From: Pseudobdellovibrionaceae bacterium
Lineage (GTDB): Bacteria; Bdellovibrionota; Bdellovibrionia; Bdellovibrionales; UBA1609
Length of the DNA: 64,000 nucleotides
Direction of reading: 5' to 3'
Assembly (NCBI GenBank): GCA_947444305.1
Contig: CANEZP010000013.1
Span: forward strand, 65,375-129,374
In this document: piece after piece, positions 35,402 to 46,104 of the stretch
How the letters are laid out: every line of letters begins with the position of its first letter
How positions within the stretch are numbered: the stretch's first letter is position 1
The notes under the pieces: generated by a model
Databases searched by the model: none
What the model was told of the DNA's origin: nothing
The model's input: only the letters and a program-made list of their open reading frames with translations
Translations under genes and position numbers: made by a program

Positions 35402-38215
35402 TTAGTTACCGAGCAAACCTTTAAGCGTCTTCTTCAGCTCTTTCTCGAGCTTTTGTTTTCCGTCGGCCTTCACCTTGTCGATCAGTTTTTTACCCTCGCA
35501 CTCGGCGGTCTTTACGGCGAGCTTACCGATGACGTCACTTAACAAACTGAAGCCAGGCTGCATGAGATTGCCTTTGATCGCCACGGGTACGACCATTCTC
35601 CCCTTCGCATCGGAATTGCCTTCGAGGGCACAACCTTTGACCGGCGGATCGTTCCAAAAGAAAGTGCCCGCAAAGTCACCTTCCATGGAGGCAAGAATGA
35701 CCTTACCTTTCATCTGAATTTCGCTGTTGTCGAGATCTACGCCTTCGAAGTTTGCGAGGTCGACGACCCCGCCGTGCAAATCGAACTGAGCTTTGGCGCG
35801 CCCGCGAAGAGGATCTACCTTCATAGGTTTCAAATTCAGCTGCGGCACCTTCGCGAGCTGGGCGTTGACTAACTCCCCGACCTTAACCGAATTAAAAACA
35901 ACCGGCTGGGCGTTGACGTCACCACGCACACGAAGCTGATTCATGAAGTCGGGCTGCTGAGGCATAACGGTTGAGAATTCCGCCACACCCGCCGTCCGCC
36001 CGGTCGCGAAGCCTTTGTATTCCGGTTTTGCGAACGCGATCGCATCTTCGATCACAAGATTAACCCAGTTGAGGTTGCCCAAAATTTTCGGCTTAGGCAC
36101 GAGCATGGGTACCGTCAAATCTTTAAGCTGAACACTGCCCCCGAAAACCTGGCCGACGTTCACCGCGCCGGTGAATTTGCCGCCGCCGTAGAGGCCGTTG
36201 ACGTCTATGCCCTTTGCAACGAGCGCGTCTTTCGTGAACTGGTCGACCCGCACCTTCACGTTCACGCGAGCGGACCGGGTCAGCGCTCCGTCGGGCAAGA
36301 ACGAATCGCTGACCACGCTGCCGATAGGTGCGGGGGTAGGCGAAGCCGGCGCGGCCGCCGGCGCAGAAATCATTTTGTATTCGGGAATCTTCACGTCGAC
36401 GCTCCCGTTCGCGGCCACGGCCCAATCGTTCCACGGCTTGGTCGCCTCGACCTTCCCGCGCAATTGAAAGCGGCCGCTTGCCGCACCTTTAGGAATGGTG
36501 TCGCGCAATGACGGCATCGCGATTCTTAATTCGGAAAGCGAAAGTGGATTTGCTTCTATATTGAGATCGACCACCGGCTGGGCTGCCAAGTCCACTTTAC
36601 CTTTAAGCACTAGGTTGCCGACGAAACTCGTCAAATTCATTTCGTCGATGAGTACGGAATTGCCCGAGTTGCGCACACCGAAACGTACTTTAAATATTCC
36701 CTTTTCTTCTTTTCTCAACGGACCGGCGACGAGCGCCGCGGCGCTTAGATCGGCGAATCCCCGTCCTTCGGCGGACTTGATCTGACCATCCGCAAATTCA
36801 CCCTTGCCTTGCACATCGGCCGACACCGGCCCTCGAATCTTAGCTAATCCTTCGCGTTCGAAATTTAGAACGCCCGAGAATCTTTTGAGGCCCAGCGAAT
36901 CGACTAAGATACGTGCTTTCATCGGCTCACCTAGCGGACCGTGAATAGAGCCGGCGGCGCCGAGCTCACCCTGCACGGGCGATGCACGCAAAGGGAGCAA
37001 AAGCTTTTCGCTACCGGCGAGGTTAGCGGGCGTTAAAACGAACTGCAGATCACCGGGGTACGGCGCTTTGAGGTCGACGCTGCCGCTCACTTTTCCGGCG
37101 AAATTCCAGAATTCAAAGAGCAACTCTTGCAAGTTTAGCTTTTGCGGATCACCGCCCGCGAGGACCGAAACTTTCATCGGCACGCCGGCAGGCTTGTTTA
37201 ACATTTCATCGTAAAGCACCGCGGCCTTCGTGAAATCGGCCGCTGCTTTCAGATTAGGCAGCCCGGGCCGATCGTTCGCGTAAGTAAATTTGCCTTCGGC
37301 GTCGAGTTGGAAAGGGCCGCTCACCGAGAGCTTGTCCTGCTTTAAGGCGACGTCCGCGCCGACGTTCTTGGCCAGAAAGCTGCCGTCGGCCGTCCACGTT
37401 TTATCAGGCCCATCTTTATTCACTTCAGCTTTAAGTTGTACTTCGCCACGCCAATTTTTAGCGGGCACGTTCGCCATCGGCGGCTGCGGAAGTTGCGCGA
37501 GATCCTTCGCGGAAATCTCAATCACCCAGCGATGGCGGCCTTCGTCGAGTAAACTTGTGCCTTGAACGGCCGAATTCAATCCGCCGAGACTTAACGTGAG
37601 ATCCGAGGTTTTCACCGCTTGCTCGCTAAACGTCAGCTTGTCTGTGTCGACTTGCAGCGGAAGATCGACCGGCAAAAGTTTTACTTTAAGGGCTGCGCTA
37701 AGGTGCACGGAAGCCGGCGTTTTCATCAAGAGCTTTTGCTCGAACCGCATGTTGATTTTTTTAAGGTCGGCGTAGTCGCTTTTTATTTCGCCGTCGATCG
37801 TTTGAATCTTCAACGAAAGCTGAACCGGTTTGCCTTTGGCACCGCCGTTCCCCGCGGACGTGGCGCTCGGGGGCGGATTTTTCGGGGGCGGTTTAAGAAT
37901 AATCTGCGGCTGATTCAAACTCAACGATACGGCGTAGGGCGCGCGGACTTTTAAAATCTCGGCTTCTAAATTTTGCCATTGCACATTTGCCGCGGGCAAA
38001 TCGACGACGCTAGGTCCGATACGCAGAAGTGGAGGCCAGCGATAAAGTAGATTCATCGGGCCGAGGTGCACGCTAGCGTCGGGCCCCATGGCCGCGCGAA
38101 CTTCTTTTTCCACGTAATCGTGAAAGAGCCCCGCGTTGAACGCGGCAAGCAGACCAACGGCGGTGAGAAGAACCAGAACGGGAATGATAAACAATGCGCG
38201 CTTAAGATTTTTCAA
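35402..38215 (-). CDS. AsmA-family large periplasmic/envelope protein
   Basis: 937 aa with a single N-terminal TM anchor. The N-terminal region (NAGLFHDYVEKEVRAAMG...HLGPMNLLYRWPPLLRIGPSVVDL) parallels the E. coli AsmA N-terminus. The rest is a long beta-rich body. Confidence 0.65.
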   Translation of the reverse strand: MKNLKRALFIIPVLVLLTAVGLLAAFNAGLFHDYVEKEVRAAMGPDASVHLGPMNLLYRWPPLLRIGPSVVDLPAANVQWQNLEAEILKVRAPYAVSLSLNQPQIILKPPPKNPPPSATSAGNGGAKGKPVQLSLKIQTIDGEIKSDYADLKKINMRFEQKLLMKTPASVHLSAALKVKLLPVDLPLQVDTDKLTFSEQAVKTSDLTLSLGGLNSAVQGTSLLDEGRHRWVIEISAKDLAQLPQPPMANVPAKNWRGEVQLKAEVNKDGPDKTWTADGSFLAKNVGADVALKQDKLSVSGPFQLDAEGKFTYANDRPGLPNLKAAADFTKAAVLYDEMLNKPAGVPMKVSVLAGGDPQKLNLQELLFEFWNFAGKVSGSVDLKAPYPGDLQFVLTPANLAGSEKLLLPLRASPVQGELGAAGSIHGPLGEPMKARILVDSLGLKRFSGVLNFEREGLAKIRGPVSADVQGKGEFADGQIKSAEGRGFADLSAAALVAGPLRKEEKGIFKVRFGVRNSGNSVLIDEMNLTSFVGNLVLKGKVDLAAQPVVDLNIEANPLSLSELRIAMPSLRDTIPKGAASGRFQLRGKVEATKPWNDWAVAANGSVDVKIPEYKMISAPAAAPASPTPAPIGSVVSDSFLPDGALTRSARVNVKVRVDQFTKDALVAKGIDVNGLYGGGKFTGAVNVGQVFGGSVQLKDLTVPMLVPKPKILGNLNWVNLVIEDAIAFAKPEYKGFATGRTAGVAEFSTVMPQQPDFMNQLRVRGDVNAQPVVFNSVKVGELVNAQLAKVPQLNLKPMKVDPLRGRAKAQFDLHGGVVDLANFEGVDLDNSEIQMKGKVILASMEGDFAGTFFWNDPPVKGCALEGNSDAKGRMVVPVAIKGNLMQPGFSLLSDVIGKLAVKTAECEGKKLIDKVKADGKQKLEKELKKTLKGLLGN

Positions 38216-38394
38216 CCAGATTTCCTCGGCTAGGCCCAGTATAGAAGTATCGACGCGAAGATATCACCGACTCTCGTCTGAGATTGATCAATTATGCATC
38301 GCATTTAAAAGGCAGACCTTTCGATTAGTCACTGACCCACCCGCACTCTTCTTGATATAAATAAGGGGTTGCCTAATTCAAATGGAGTGCACGA

Positions 38395-41163
38395 TTGGAA
38401 CGTATCAGTTCGCTTAACCGTTCAAATTTAGAATTCATCGAAAACCTTTACCAAACGTTTCTCGAAAATCCCGACGCGTTAGAACCGCAGTGGAAGCTCT
38501 TCTTCGAGGGTGTCGAATTCGCGCAGAAGATGCCGGGACAAAGCACCTTCTCCGAGAAAGAGCTCGGCGTTTACAATCTGATCGAGCACTATCGCGACTA
38601 CGGCCATCTCAAAGCCAAACTCGATCCCCTAGACCTTAATCCACCTCATGGTGAAAGTTTTGAACTCGCCCGTTACGGACTCAGCCAAGCCGACCTCGAC
38701 CATTCGTTTTCGGTCGGCAACTTGTTGGGCATGGGCGGCGGCGGTAAACTTCGCGACATCATTGCCTTTCTTGAAAACGCCTACTGCCAGACCCTCACGA
38801 CCCAAGTGGCCGAGTGCGTGCCCACGGTGCGCGATTGGTTCCGCAAAGAATTTGAAAAAAGTCCCGCTCCGCTTAATCTTTCGAAAGACGATCGCCGCGA
38901 GATCTTCAAACAGCTTGCGCGCACCGAGAGTCTCGAAAAATTCATCCACACCCGCTACGTGGGCACGAAGCGCTTTTCCATCGAGGGCGGCGACGCTTTG
39001 ATCCCCATGCTTGAACGCGGCGTTTCGAAAGGTACCGCCTTAGGCTTAGAAGAAATCGTCGTCGGCATGGCTCACCGCGGGCGCATCAACGTTTTGGCCA
39101 ACTTCATGGACAAAGGCTTGCCGATTATCTTTTCGGAGTTTGACGGAACCGCCTTTGAAAACACCGACTACGACGGTGACGTGAAGTACCACATGGGTTT
39201 TTCGACCGACCGGCAAACGACGAACGGTCCCTGCCACATTTCGCTCGCGTTCAACCCTTCGCACTTGGAAGTCGTTAACCCCGTCGTCATGGGGATGGCG
39301 CGCGCGAAACAACGCCGCCGCCTCGACACCAAAGAACGCAAAAAAGTTTTGCCGATCCTGATCCACGGGGACGCGGCCTTCGTCGGCCAGGGCGTCGTAG
39401 CCGAAACCTTACAGATGTCGAAGCTCCCCGGCTACACCGTCGGCGGCACGATCCACATTATCGTAAATAACCAAGTCGGGTTTACGACTTCACCCAAAGA
39501 TGCACGCTCGACGACTTACTCGTCCGACGTCGCGAAAACCATCAAGGCACCCGTTCTGTTGGTTAACGGTGACGACGCCGAAGCTTGCGTTCGCGCCATG
39601 GACATCGCGTTGCGCTTCCGCCAAGAATTCGGCGAGGACATCGTGATCGATCAAATCTGCTATCGCCGTTACGGTCACAACGAAGGCGACGAACCCGCGT
39701 TCACTCAGCCGGTTATGTACGATCACATCAAAGCGCATCCGACGCTCATGAAAATTTATCTTGAGCAGCTCGCCGCGAACGGCACCATGACCAAAGAAGA
39801 AGGCGAAGCTTTCTACGAAGAAAAAATCCAGAACTTGCAAAATGCTTTGGACAACACCCGCAAGAACCGCCCGGTCGTCAAACCCAATGCGTTCGCCGGT
39901 CAGTGGGAAGGTTTTCGCCGCGGTAAACTCGAGGACTTCGACAAAAGCGTCGACACCAAAGTTCCGATGAAGACCTTAGAGAAAGTGGCCAACGTACTCA
40001 CCACCGAGCCCAAAGACTTTCATCTGCACCCCAAGTTGAGCAAACTGCTGCAGGCGCGCAAAGACATGGTGACCAAAGGTTCGCTCGACTGGGCGATGGG
40101 CGAATTGCTCAGCTACGGTTCACTATGCGTTGAAGGCACCCCCGTCCGCGTTAGCGGTCAAGATTGTAAACGCGGCACGTTTACCCATCGTCAAGCCGTG
40201 TATTTCGATACGACGGACGATTCCGAGTACACGCCCCTATCCACGTTGAATCCCGACAAAGGTGAGTTTGTTATTTATAACTCGCTTCTTTCCGAGATGG
40301 CCTGCGTCGGCTTTGAATACGGAAACTCGTGTTCGGACCCCACTTACCTTACCATTTGGGAAGCGCAGTTCGGAGATTTCGCCAACGGCGCACAGATCGT
40401 GATCGATCAATTCTTAAGCTCAGGCGAAGAAAAGTGGATGCGCGGTACCGGTTTAGTGTTGCTGTTACCCCACGGCTACGAAGGTCAAGGACCCGAGCAC
40501 TCCTCGGCCAGACTCGAACGCTTCCTTCAATTGTGCGCGCAAGCGAACATGCAGGTCTGCAATCTTTCGACGCCCGCTAACTTATTCCACGCCATGCGCC
40601 GCCAAGTGAAACGCGACTTCCGCAAACCGTTGATTATCATGTCGCCCAAATCTTTGCTTCGCCACCCAAAGGTTGTTTCCACTTGGAAAGACTTCACCGA
40701 CGGCGTTTTCCAAGAAGTCATCGGCGATCCCAAAGTGCAGAACATGAAGGATGTCGAGACGCTCGTCTTGTGTTCCGGCAAACTCTACTACGATCTCGAC
40801 GCCGCCCGCGAGCCTAGCGTGAACAAAGAAGGCGGCAAAGAAGCCGCTAAGTACAAGAATACCGAACACATCGCGCTCGTGCGCATCGAGCAATTTTACC
40901 CCTTCCCGCGTGTGCAATTGACGCCTTTCCTCAGCGGCATGCCTAAGCTCAAAAAAGTAATTTGGGCGCAAGAAGAGCCGCGCAACATGGGGGCTTACTC
41001 GAATATGTTGCCGCGACTTGAAGATTTACTTTCGGAAGTCGGCAAAAAGAATTTGCGCGTCGAATACATCGGACGAACCGAACGGGCCAGCCCCGCGGTT
41101 GGTTCACCCTATCAACATCAAAAAGAACAAGCCGCGATCATCGACGCGGTTTTTAAGAGCTAG
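38395..41163 (+). CDS. sucA: 2-oxoglutarate dehydrogenase E1 component
   Basis: 922 aa. Typical SucA blocks (KRFSIEGGD, MAHRGRINVL, YRRYGHNEGDEP, LLLPHGYEGQGPEHSSARLERFLQ). TTG start as given in the ORF track. Confidence 0.95.
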   Translation: MERISSLNRSNLEFIENLYQTFLENPDALEPQWKLFFEGVEFAQKMPGQSTFSEKELGVYNLIEHYRDYGHLKAKLDPLDLNPPHGESFELARYGLSQADLDHSFSVGNLLGMGGGGKLRDIIAFLENAYCQTLTTQVAECVPTVRDWFRKEFEKSPAPLNLSKDDRREIFKQLARTESLEKFIHTRYVGTKRFSIEGGDALIPMLERGVSKGTALGLEEIVVGMAHRGRINVLANFMDKGLPIIFSEFDGTAFENTDYDGDVKYHMGFSTDRQTTNGPCHISLAFNPSHLEVVNPVVMGMARAKQRRRLDTKERKKVLPILIHGDAAFVGQGVVAETLQMSKLPGYTVGGTIHIIVNNQVGFTTSPKDARSTTYSSDVAKTIKAPVLLVNGDDAEACVRAMDIALRFRQEFGEDIVIDQICYRRYGHNEGDEPAFTQPVMYDHIKAHPTLMKIYLEQLAANGTMTKEEGEAFYEEKIQNLQNALDNTRKNRPVVKPNAFAGQWEGFRRGKLEDFDKSVDTKVPMKTLEKVANVLTTEPKDFHLHPKLSKLLQARKDMVTKGSLDWAMGELLSYGSLCVEGTPVRVSGQDCKRGTFTHRQAVYFDTTDDSEYTPLSTLNPDKGEFVIYNSLLSEMACVGFEYGNSCSDPTYLTIWEAQFGDFANGAQIVIDQFLSSGEEKWMRGTGLVLLLPHGYEGQGPEHSSARLERFLQLCAQANMQVCNLSTPANLFHAMRRQVKRDFRKPLIIMSPKSLLRHPKVVSTWKDFTDGVFQEVIGDPKVQNMKDVETLVLCSGKLYYDLDAAREPSVNKEGGKEAAKYKNTEHIALVRIEQFYPFPRVQLTPFLSGMPKLKKVIWAQEEPRNMGAYSNMLPRLEDLLSEVGKKNLRVEYIGRTERASPAVGSPYQHQKEQAAIIDAVFKS

Positions 41164-41172
41164 GAGCACAAC

Positions 41173-42489
41173 GTGGCGAAGACACAAATTAAAGTTCCGA
41201 CGGTCGGCGAGTCCATCACCGAAGGCACGATTGCCAACTGGACAAAAAAAGCCGGAGACTTCGTTAAGCAAGGCGAAGTGATCATGGTTCTAGAAACCGA
41301 TAAGGCGAGCGTAGAAGTCGTCGCCGAATCGGCCGGCACGCTCAGCATGAAAGCGAAAGCCGGTGACGTCGTGCAGATCGGCTCGGTCATCGGTGAAATC
41401 GACACCGACGGCAAAGCGGCCGCCGCGCCTGCCGCCGAGGCCGCGCCCGCTCCCGCCGCCGCTAAAGCTTCGGCGGGCGAGCCCGCGAAATCTGCAGCTC
41501 CTGCGGGCGAGCCCGCCAAAGCCGCGACGACGGCAGGCGGACTTTCGCGCACGAACACGATGAGCCCGGCCGTTCGCCGCATCGTTAGCGAAAATAATTT
41601 GAATCCTGAAAATATCAGCGGCTCGGGCCGCGGCGGCCGCTTAACGAAAAGCGACGCCATGAATGCCGATGCCGGTGGTGGCGCTTCCGCCTCTGCCTCG
41701 CCTACACCCGCTCCCGCCGCTCAAGCCCCGGCCGGCGCGAGCATCTCGCCCGCCCCGTTCAAAGCGCCGGCCGCGAAAACGGGGATGAGCGAAGAGATCA
41801 CCCGCGAACCGATGACGACCATTCGCAAGCGCATTGCGCAAAGACTGGTCGAAGCGCAATCGACCGCGGCGATCCTTACCACCTTCAACGAAATCGACAT
41901 GACCGAAGTCATGGCTTTGCGGACGAAGTACAAAGAGAAGTTCGAGAAGAAGTTCGGCATCGGCCTTGGTTTCATGGGCTTCTTCGTCAAAGCCGTGGTC
42001 GAAGCGTTGCGCGCTTACCCGAAAGTGAACGCGTTCATCGACGGCAGCGATATCGTTTATCACAACTACAACAACATCGGCGTTGCCGTCGGTACCGAGA
42101 AGGGCCTCATGGTCCCCGTCTTGAAACACGCCGAGCATATGTCTTTGGCCGAAATCGAAATGACGATCAAAAACTACGCGCAGAAAGCCCGCGACGGAAA
42201 AATTTCGATCGACGACTTGAGCGGCGGTACGTTCACGATCTCGAACGGCGGGACCTACGGTTCACTTATGTCGACGCCGATCTTGAATCCCCCGCAAAGC
42301 GGAATTTTAGGCATGCACAAAATCGAAGAACGCCCCATCGCCGTCAAAGGCCAAGTGGTGATTCGCCCGATGATGTACGTCGCCCTTTCTTACGATCACC
42401 GCATCGTCGACGGCGGCGAAAGCGTCAGCTTCCTCGTTCGCGTAAAAGACTGCATCGAAGACCCTTCGCGCTTACTCCTGGAGATATAA
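41173..42489 (+). CDS. sucB: Dihydrolipoyllysine-residue succinyltransferase (E2) of 2-oxoglutarate dehydrogenase
   Basis: Single lipoyl domain ([11 protein letters not shown]), Ala/Pro-rich linkers with an AGEPAK repeat, an E3-binding segment, and a catalytic domain ending SYDHRIVDG. Confidence 0.95.
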   Translation: MAKTQIKVPTVGESITEGTIANWTKKAGDFVKQGEVIMVLETDKASVEVVAESAGTLSMKAKAGDVVQIGSVIGEIDTDGKAAAAPAAEAAPAPAAAKASAGEPAKSAAPAGEPAKAATTAGGLSRTNTMSPAVRRIVSENNLNPENISGSGRGGRLTKSDAMNADAGGGASASASPTPAPAAQAPAGASISPAPFKAPAAKTGMSEEITREPMTTIRKRIAQRLVEAQSTAAILTTFNEIDMTEVMALRTKYKEKFEKKFGIGLGFMGFFVKAVVEALRAYPKVNAFIDGSDIVYHNYNNIGVAVGTEKGLMVPVLKHAEHMSLAEIEMTIKNYAQKARDGKISIDDLSGGTFTISNGGTYGSLMSTPILNPPQSGILGMHKIEERPIAVKGQVVIRPMMYVALSYDHRIVDGGESVSFLVRVKDCIEDPSRLLLEI

Positions 42490-43920
42490 ATGGCCAAAGA
42501 CAATGCTGCGCCTTCGGAAACTTTTGACTTCATCGTGATCGGCGCCGGCCCCGGCGGCTACACGGGCGCGATCCGCGCTTCGCAGCTCGGGCTTAAGACG
42601 GCGATCATCGAGAAGGACAAAACGCTCGGTGGAACGTGTCTCAACGTAGGCTGCATTCCCTCGAAAGCGTTGCTCGATTCCAGCGAACACTTCGCGATGG
42701 CAAATCACGATTTCAAAACTCACGGTATCGACGTGAGCGGCGTAAAATTGAATTTGCCCGCGATGATGGCGCGCAAGAGCAAGATCGTTAGCGATCTTAC
42801 CGGCGGCGTCGCCTTCCTGATGAAGAAAAATAAGATCGCGCACTACAACGGCAAAGGGAAATTGCTTTCACCTACCCAAGTCGAAGTCACGATGGCCGAC
42901 GGCTCGAAGCAAGTACTTGAGGCCAAGAACATCATGCTCGCCACCGGCAGCGTGGTAAACGAACTTCCTTCCGTCCCCTACGACGGCAAACGCATCATCT
43001 CGTCGACCGAAGCCTTGTCGCTGCCCGAAGTGCCCAAGCACTTGTTGGTGGTCGGCGGCGGCGTCATCGGGCTCGAGCTTGGTTCGGTGTGGCTACGCCT
43101 CGGCGCGAAGGTCACCGTTCTAGAATACGCGGATCGTTTGGTTTCGAACATGGATTCGCAAATGACCAAACGCATGGAATCGGTCCTCGCCAAGCAAGGC
43201 ATGGAGTTCATGTTCCAAGTCAAAGTCACCGGTTCGAAATCTTCGAAGTACGCCGTGCAGCTGACTTACGAAGACATGAAAGACAATAACGCCGCTAAAC
43301 AAATCGAAGGTGACGTCGTGCTGGTCGCGACCGGCCGCCGACCTTACTCCGACGGCCTTGGCTTAGAAGAGCTCGGCATCGAAAAAGACAAACGCGGCTT
43401 CGTCATGGTGAATGAACATTTGCAAACCAAACATCCGAACGTCTTCGCGATCGGCGACCTTGTTCCCGGCTGGATGCTCGCGCACAAAGCCGAAGAAGAA
43501 GGCGTGGCCGTGGCCGAATTCATCGGCACCGGCGTCGGTCACGTGAATTACGAGACCGTGCCCGGCGTGGTCTACACCTGGCCCGAACTGGCTTCGGTCG
43601 GCGCTACGGAAGAAGAATTGAAAGCCAAGGGCGTTGCGTACAAAGCCGGCTCGTTCAACTTCGCGGCCAACGCGCGCGCGAAGGCGATCGGTACGACCGA
43701 CGGCATGGTTAAGGTCTTGGCCGATGCCTCCACCGATCGTTTGCTGGGGGTGCACATCCTCGGTCCCCGCGCTTCCGATATGATCGCCGAAGCGGTCGTC
43801 GCGATGGAATTCGGCGGTTCGAGCGAAGACTTGGCCCGCTCTTTCCACGCGCATCCGACCCTAAGCGAAGTCATGCGCGAAGCCGCGCTCGCCGTCGACA
43901 AGCGCGCCCGTCAGAGCTAA
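42490..43920 (+). CDS. lpdA: Dihydrolipoyl dehydrogenase (E3)
   Basis: 476 aa. GAGPGGY FAD motif, redox-active GGTCLNVGCIPSK and a C-terminal HAHPTLSE. Confidence 0.95.
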   Translation: MAKDNAAPSETFDFIVIGAGPGGYTGAIRASQLGLKTAIIEKDKTLGGTCLNVGCIPSKALLDSSEHFAMANHDFKTHGIDVSGVKLNLPAMMARKSKIVSDLTGGVAFLMKKNKIAHYNGKGKLLSPTQVEVTMADGSKQVLEAKNIMLATGSVVNELPSVPYDGKRIISSTEALSLPEVPKHLLVVGGGVIGLELGSVWLRLGAKVTVLEYADRLVSNMDSQMTKRMESVLAKQGMEFMFQVKVTGSKSSKYAVQLTYEDMKDNNAAKQIEGDVVLVATGRRPYSDGLGLEELGIEKDKRGFVMVNEHLQTKHPNVFAIGDLVPGWMLAHKAEEEGVAVAEFIGTGVGHVNYETVPGVVYTWPELASVGATEEELKAKGVAYKAGSFNFAANARAKAIGTTDGMVKVLADASTDRLLGVHILGPRASDMIAEAVVAMEFGGSSEDLARSFHAHPTLSEVMREAALAVDKRARQS

Positions 43921-43951
43921 TCCACCCGCGCCGGCGCGGGTAAATTCATGT

Positions 43952-43985
43952 CGCACCATTTCCTTTCCAGACAGGAAATGGTGCG
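43952..43985. repeat. Palindromic repeat module P3, copy C
   Basis: cgcaccatttcctttccagacaggaaatggtgcg with a 13-bp perfect stem. It shares the tttcct-ccag-aggaaa core with copies A and B. Confidence 0.8.
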
Positions 43986-44005
43986 TAATCCGAAACCCGA
44001 ATTAT

Positions 44006-44024
44006 CGCGCTGTTTAAATTCCAG
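44006..44024. repeat. Partial P1-like module, copy C
   Basis: cgcgctgtttaaattccag compared with P1 gcgcactgtttaaatcctgg; only the left arm is present. Confidence 0.5.
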
Positions 44025-44224
44025 AAAAGAAGAGATGCGTTAAGAAGGTGAAGCCGGCAACGGTCGCGCTGTATGGCTAGGCTTAGCTGAACGAATCCAC
44101 TACGCACGTTAAGCCGAACCATCACGCCGAGTTTAGCATTTCTAAGCCGAGCTTTACCGGTTTGGAGAAGCGCCGACCTCATGCTTCGCAAGCGCATTGA
44201 AGATGCGTCGCGCTCCCCTCACAC

Positions 44225-45013
44225 TTAGATCAAATTTAAATTATCACCCGAGCGCACGCGGCCCGTGCCCATGTTCGCGTAGTAGTAACCGAAGGTGATG
44301 CCGTTTTCTTGTTGGCGGTAGGTGCTCAAAGTCTGAAGCGGTTCTTCACCCATGTCGCCCGTCAACGGGTGCACGGTGGTCAGCTTGCAGCGATTGCAGG
44401 CCGAAACGGCTTTGAACTCGAGCGAGCCGACTTTGAAGCCGTTCCAATTGTCTTCGGCGTGCGCCAAGACTTGATCGACCACGATGTTCGGGCGAAAGCG
44501 CGCGATCGACATATGGGTCTTCAAACGATCTTCAAGCCCCTTCATCGAACCGGTCGAAATAACCAAAACAGGTTTAGCATCAACGAAGCGAACCGTCCCG
44601 TCGGGAAACTCTTCGCTAAACGAACGTTTCGCCGTATCGCTCAAACGTACCAGACGAACTTTTTGACCGACGGCCTCCGACAACCAATCCGACACTTCGC
44701 CGCTGACTTCGAAAGCGGGCACTTGATCCTTAAAGATCTGCACCTGGAACTCATCGCCTTCACGCTCTTCAAGCGCGAACTCAGAAGTGCCGAGCTCGGG
44801 CGTGGATAACTCGATCTCGATTTCGTCAGCCATGCGCAGGCCGATCTTGGCCAAGTGAGGCATCGTGCGCTGGGTAATCGAGCGATTCTCTTTATCGACC
44901 AGCATCCACTGGCGATCTAAACGCGGGCCCATTTTGTCCATGTAAAGTTCGTTGGTACGAAGCCCACGGAAGCTCTTGATCGGATAGAAATACAGATCTT
45001 TGATTGTTGCCAT
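44225..45013 (-). CDS. MOSC domain-containing protein (MOSC_N beta-barrel plus MOSC)
   Basis: Start moved to the ATG at 45013 (MATIKDLYFYPIKSFRG), the typical MOSC_N start. RFRPNIVV and a conserved Cys region (ACNRCKLTTV). Confidence 0.8.
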   Translation of the reverse strand: MATIKDLYFYPIKSFRGLRTNELYMDKMGPRLDRQWMLVDKENRSITQRTMPHLAKIGLRMADEIEIELSTPELGTSEFALEEREGDEFQVQIFKDQVPAFEVSGEVSDWLSEAVGQKVRLVRLSDTAKRSFSEEFPDGTVRFVDAKPVLVISTGSMKGLEDRLKTHMSIARFRPNIVVDQVLAHAEDNWNGFKVGSLEFKAVSACNRCKLTTVHPLTGDMGEEPLQTLSTYRQQENGITFGYYYANMGTGRVRSGDNLNLI

Positions 45014-45120
45014 GGGCGTGAACCTAGTAGGTCCGCTCCTCCAAGACAACGACTATCCCTTAGTCGTGTTGCACTGGACTGCCGCTCAGGCCACAATAAT
45101 AAATAGATAGAGGGGGATTT

Positions 45121-46074
45121 ATGTTTTTGCGTCTATGCGTCGTCGTTTCTTTGTTCACTGTTCAAGCGGCCTTGGCCCAGACTCCGGATGATCAGCAGCG
45201 GGCGATCGCCCTATCCGGTAGCTTCGAAGGCGAATTGAAAATGAACCAACAAGATATGCCCGCAGGCTGCCAAATTAAAAGCCCCGCGATGAAAGTAGCC
45301 TATGCCTGCTCTAAACTTCAGACTGAAAAATCTAACCCTCGCTTCTACGGATCTATCGATGCGGGCGAGAAGGGTTCACCCTCGTCTACGCAAGACGGGG
45401 TCAATTACTGTTACAACAGTTTGGTAAACGTTGAGAAGAACGGCGACGTCGTTCGTGTTCAAGTTTTACGTGACGTCGGCAGCAGCGCTAACCGCACGAG
45501 CTACACGGTGAAACAAAGCAACTTGAAAGCCGAGGGTGGCGAGTACGTACTGCCGTTAGCGAATCAAAAAGGTCAGTGTTTTGCGAGAGGCGCCGCCAAC
45601 GCCGGAAATTGCGGAAGCGACGTTGAGATGACCCCGAAGGTCACCTTTGATTCGCAAGGCAACGTTACCCAATCGATGACCGCCGATCGCCGTGCGATTA
45701 CCGCCGCCCGCCGCAACGGCGCTCAGTTGAACAGCCCCGGTCCCGAGGTCAATAGTGATGAGTCTTCCTCTGCCGTCATCGCTTACGGCCGTCAGCAGCT
45801 CGTCGCCCGCGCAAAAGAAAAAATGGCGAATCCCGGCCCCATGCCCGGAAGTAAGGGACTCGGCGGAAACTTGTTCGCCGCCCGCGAGTTGGACGCGTAT
45901 AAGCTCTGCGATCAAATGGTTATCAATATGGAAAATAGCCTGAAGACAAAAGTGACGAAGGATCCCGAGGAAGAGAAAACCTTGAATTCGTACCGCGCCC
46001 AAATCAAAAGCACGAATCCCTACGACAAAGCCGGCGGCAAGGGCGACGGCAGCGGCGTTCGCGAAGGTAAGTGA
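45121..46074 (+). CDS. Secreted hypothetical protein
   Basis: 317 aa. Signal peptide MFLRLCVVVSLFTVQAALAQ, several Cys, a Gly/Lys-rich tail. No family recognised. Confidence 0.55.
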   Translation: MFLRLCVVVSLFTVQAALAQTPDDQQRAIALSGSFEGELKMNQQDMPAGCQIKSPAMKVAYACSKLQTEKSNPRFYGSIDAGEKGSPSSTQDGVNYCYNSLVNVEKNGDVVRVQVLRDVGSSANRTSYTVKQSNLKAEGGEYVLPLANQKGQCFARGAANAGNCGSDVEMTPKVTFDSQGNVTQSMTADRRAITAARRNGAQLNSPGPEVNSDESSSAVIAYGRQQLVARAKEKMANPGPMPGSKGLGGNLFAARELDAYKLCDQMVINMENSLKTKVTKDPEEEKTLNSYRAQIKSTNPYDKAGGKGDGSGVREGK

Positions 46075-46082
46075 ATTTGAAA

Positions 46083-46103
46083 CGCCGGCACTTCCCGCCG
46101 GCT
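46083..46103. terminator. Weak bidirectional terminator-like hairpin between convergent genes
   Basis: gccggc-acttccc-gccggc (6-bp GC stem) flanked by A/T-rich sequence. Confidence 0.3.
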
Positions 46104-46104
46104 T